64,000 nt of DNA from Spirochaetota bacterium (GTDB taxonomy: Bacteria; Spirochaetota; UBA4802; UBA5550), in the NCBI GenBank assembly GCA_963664815.2, contig CAXXHB010000003.1, positions 3,840,001 through 3,904,000 on the forward strand, written 5' to 3'. A model generated the notes under the pieces. It did not search any database. It was not told where the DNA came from and saw only the letters and a list, made by a program, of their open reading frames with translations. The stretch's first letter is position 1. Every line of letters starts with the position of its first letter. A program made the position numbers and the translations under genes. Of this stretch, positions 61,240 to 64,000 are shown one piece after another.

Positions 61240-62658
61240 ATGAATCAATGCCAGAATTCTTTCCAACTTGAATACAAACAAAAACTCCGAGCCCCCTCTG
61301 ATGCAGCAAAATTGATCAATTCCGGTGACGTTGTCGAATATGCCCAATTCAACGGCAAACCTATTGCATTCGATACTGCGCTGGCAAACCGCAGGGATGA
61401 GCTAAAAGATGTGGGAGTCTTTTGCAGTGTCTGTCTGCCTCCACTGCCTGAAACCTGCAAATACCCGGAAAGTTTTATATTTGTAGACTGGCACTGGAGC
61501 AAATTGACACGCGTCATTGACTCCATTTCTCCTATATACTATAACCCTATATCCTATCGATTTGCAACTGATTATATGAGGTATTATGATGCGCCTAATT
61601 ACTGGCGTTCATTTTATTACAATGACCCCGAAAAAGGTGCAAAAACAAAGCGTGTTTTTGTAATACGTGTTGCTCCGATGGATTCACACGGTTATTTCAA
61701 TATGGGACCGCAAAACTCGTTTCATTCATCCTCAACCGACGGTAGCGAACTGGTAATTGTTGAGATCAATCATAACATGCCTGTCTGCATGGGGGGAGCC
61801 GAAGAAGCATACCATATCTCACGCGTTGATGTTATTATAGAGGATGAGTCCAATCCTGATCTATTCGCACCTGAACCTGCAGAACCTACAGATATAGAAA
61901 AAAAAATTGCAGCGCATGTAATGAACTATGTCCATGACGGGTGCTGTCTCCAGTTGGGGATAGGGGGTATGCCTAACGCTATAGGCCGCATGATTGCGGA
62001 CTCGGATTTGAAAGACCTTGGAGGGCATACCGAAATGCTTGTAGACACATACATGAACATGATATTATCAGGCAAGCTAAATAATGCACGTAAATCAGCT
62101 GACAGACACCGAACTCCCTTTACCTTTGCTGTAGGCAGCAAACGTCTGTACGATTTCATGAATTTGAATTCAGCTATTGCATCATATCCGGCCGATTATA
62201 CGAACGATCCAAATACTATCCGCGGGATCGACAATTTTATCAGCATCAACAGCGCTCTCCAGATTGACCTTTTCTCCCAGGTTAATGCTGAGTGTATTGT
62301 TTCAAACGGCAGGACAAAACAGATTTCAGGTAACGGGGGAATGACAGATTTTGTCTACTCATCACAATTGTCAAAAGGTGGCAAAAGCCTGATTTGTCTT
62401 GAATCAACATTCACAGACAAAGATGGTAAATTACACTCATCAATAATGCCTACTCTTCAGGCAGGAACAATTGTAACTATTTCACGACAACTGGTTGACT
62501 ATGTTATAACTGAATATGGTGCCGTGAAGCTTGGAGCAAATCCGACATGGCAAAGAGCGGAAAAACTTATAAGTATTGCCCATCCCGAATTTCAGGACGA
62601 ACTTATTCTGTCTGCCGAAAAGATGGGTCTATGGCGTAGATCTAACAAAAAAATATAA
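61240..62658 (+). CDS. acetyl-CoA hydrolase/transferase family (butyryl-CoA:acetate CoA-transferase-like)
   Basis: LQLGIGGMPNA, GGHTEM, QISGNGG..DF, VITEYG and IAHPEF. Confidence 0.9.
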   Translation: MNQCQNSFQLEYKQKLRAPSDAAKLINSGDVVEYAQFNGKPIAFDTALANRRDELKDVGVFCSVCLPPLPETCKYPESFIFVDWHWSKLTRVIDSISPIYYNPISYRFATDYMRYYDAPNYWRSFYYNDPEKGAKTKRVFVIRVAPMDSHGYFNMGPQNSFHSSSTDGSELVIVEINHNMPVCMGGAEEAYHISRVDVIIEDESNPDLFAPEPAEPTDIEKKIAAHVMNYVHDGCCLQLGIGGMPNAIGRMIADSDLKDLGGHTEMLVDTYMNMILSGKLNNARKSADRHRTPFTFAVGSKRLYDFMNLNSAIASYPADYTNDPNTIRGIDNFISINSALQIDLFSQVNAECIVSNGRTKQISGNGGMTDFVYSSQLSKGGKSLICLESTFTDKDGKLHSSIMPTLQAGTIVTISRQLVDYVITEYGAVKLGANPTWQRAEKLISIAHPEFQDELILSAEKMGLWRRSNKKI

Positions 62659-62660
62659 CC

Positions 62661-62711
62661 TAATATAGGGTCCATAATTATTTTAATATAATGCCTGTGG
62701 ACCCTATATTA
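62661..62711. terminator. 14-bp inverted repeat after the CoA-transferase gene (terminator-like)
   Basis: TAATATAGGGTCCA ... TGGACCCTATATTA. Confidence 0.45.
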
Positions 62712-62997
62712 AAATCAATAATTCAATCCCGATTTTTATAAAATATAATATAAAATCAGGAAAGTACTACACCTTCTATCCAGCAGAATATCAGTTTAAT
62801 GATATTGTTACATATTCTGGTTTGCCTTTCTACCTGCTGTAATAAAGATCCCTCTGATAAAAAACCAAATTTTTATGAGAACTATAGCATTTCACGACAT
62901 GATTAGCACCATGCCAATCCGGCCGTAGTGATAACGAAGGTACGCATTATAAAAACATCCTGTTTCGTGCTTGCAGGCAGCCATAGTGATTACACAG

Positions 62998-63051
62998 CCG
63001 GAATGACATAATACTTGTTCTATGGGATTCCCGCCTTTGCGGGAATGACAA
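62998..63051. repeat. REP-like palindromic remnant
   Basis: Two GGAATGACA motifs; hairpin ATTCCCGC-CTTT-GCGGGAAT followed by GACA. Confidence 0.45.
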
Positions 63052-63428
63052 TGAGTGTACAGATTTAATCTTTAACCGCTAAAATAATGGAGTATAGGGT
63101 ATGCATTGTAATTCCGCAAAAAGTTAATTTCTTACACTTGCAATTTTCTTAAAACATAATATATTTATAAATTTATCATAATAAATGCATTTAACTTGAG
63201 ATCATAAATATGAAGGCTTATTCAAATAGGGACAGATAACACAAAGTTTATCAGGATAAACCTGATTGAACATTTGATGCCATATAAGTTTTATTTAACA
63301 GCCACAGATTGTTATTAATTATTAATTTAAAATCTGAAATAATTTTTATTTTTTTAATTGAACTTAATCCGGTCGAAAATCTAATATAGGAAGTATGTGG
63401 AGAATCTATGCATGGAAGAAAAAAAATG

Positions 63429-63501
63429 TGGTCAGGGACGGAATCGAACCGCCGACACGGGGATTTTCAGTCCCCTGCTCTACCGGCTGAGCTACCTGAC
63501 C
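63429..63501 (-). tRNA. tRNA-Phe(GAA), CCA not encoded
   Basis: Reverse complement reads GGTCAGGTAGCTCAG...GGGGA-CTGAAAA-TCCCC...GGTTCGATTCC...CCTGACCA. Confidence 0.95.
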
Positions 63502-63542
63502 ACTTGTCAAAAGACTATACATATCTATTCTGCATGGACAAT

Positions 63543-64000
63543 ATGTCAATAAAAAATCTTACAAAAAAAATATTTTATCTCATAATAATTTTTTCTTTAA
63601 AAACAGATATTTCAGCAAGAGAGGAATATAAATGGACTTATAACCTGGAAAAGGGACAGAAACAATTTGCAGCAAAAATGTACAACGATGCATACGACAG
63701 TATGAAAATGGCTCTTAAAAAAAACTCCGGATGTTACGAAGCAGCAAATGTTATAGCGCAGATATCGTTTATGAGACAGGATATGTATACTGCTGAGACA
63801 TATTTTCTTATATCTCTCAAGATCAATGATTCGCAACCAGACGTTCATACCATGATGGGGAGAATCGACGAATACTTCCAGAGAGATGATTCCGCCGTGT
63901 CACATTATAAAAAAAGTATCTCCCTTGATCCCGAAAATCCTCGAGCTCTTATAAATCTTGCAAGAATTAATTACAAGAAAGGAAACACGGCCGAAGCGGA
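63543..64000 (+). CDS. exported tetratricopeptide-repeat protein (runs off the right window edge)
   Basis: Not in the ORF track. Manual translation gives MSIKNLTKKIFYLIIIFSL...AVSHYKKSISLDPENPRALINLARINY, a TPR pattern. Confidence 0.78.
   Translation, partial: MSIKNLTKKIFYLIIIFSLKTDISAREEYKWTYNLEKGQKQFAAKMYNDAYDSMKMALKKNSGCYEAANVIAQISFMRQDMYTAETYFLISLKINDSQPDVHTMMGRIDEYFQRDDSAVSHYKKSISLDPENPRALINLARINYKKGNTAEA

Noticed and set aside
60200-63501. Possible genomic island integrated at tRNA-Phe (GntR, CoA-transferase, long AT-rich spacer)
   Set aside because: No integrase and no duplicated tRNA 3' end were found by eye.

Overview
AT-rich, gene-dense chromosomal window from an anaerobic bacterium. 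The gene content suggests Spirochaetota, probably a Leptospirae-like lineage (inference from membrane-anchored AraC regulators, LKDGS-type exported proteins, Big_2 lipoprotein, SH3 and STAS/SpoIIE modules). Housekeeping genes include pgk, plsB, metF, pta, tRNA-Pro(CGG) and tRNA-Phe(GAA). Highlights: (1) a Tat-exported DUF362 protein with a LarA-like His-x9-Lys-x16-His signature directly upstream of larE-larB-larC, with no larA in the window. It is a candidate new exported nickel-pincer (NPN) enzyme, apparently co-regulated with a flavodoxin/aldo-keto reductase operon. (2) An uncharacterised glycyl radical enzyme with a Cys-rich insert, an SCP2-like partner, an activase and TetR. (3) An arsR-hgcA-hgcB mercury-methylation operon. 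(4) Two paralogous 'FN3/beta-barrel protein + surface lipoprotein' cassettes, with membrane AraC regulators and a thrice-repeated 24-bp palindrome. (5) A ~123-bp MITE-like repeat in three copies. (6) A gene that appears to start at ATT. All calls come from reading motifs by eye; no database searches were run.
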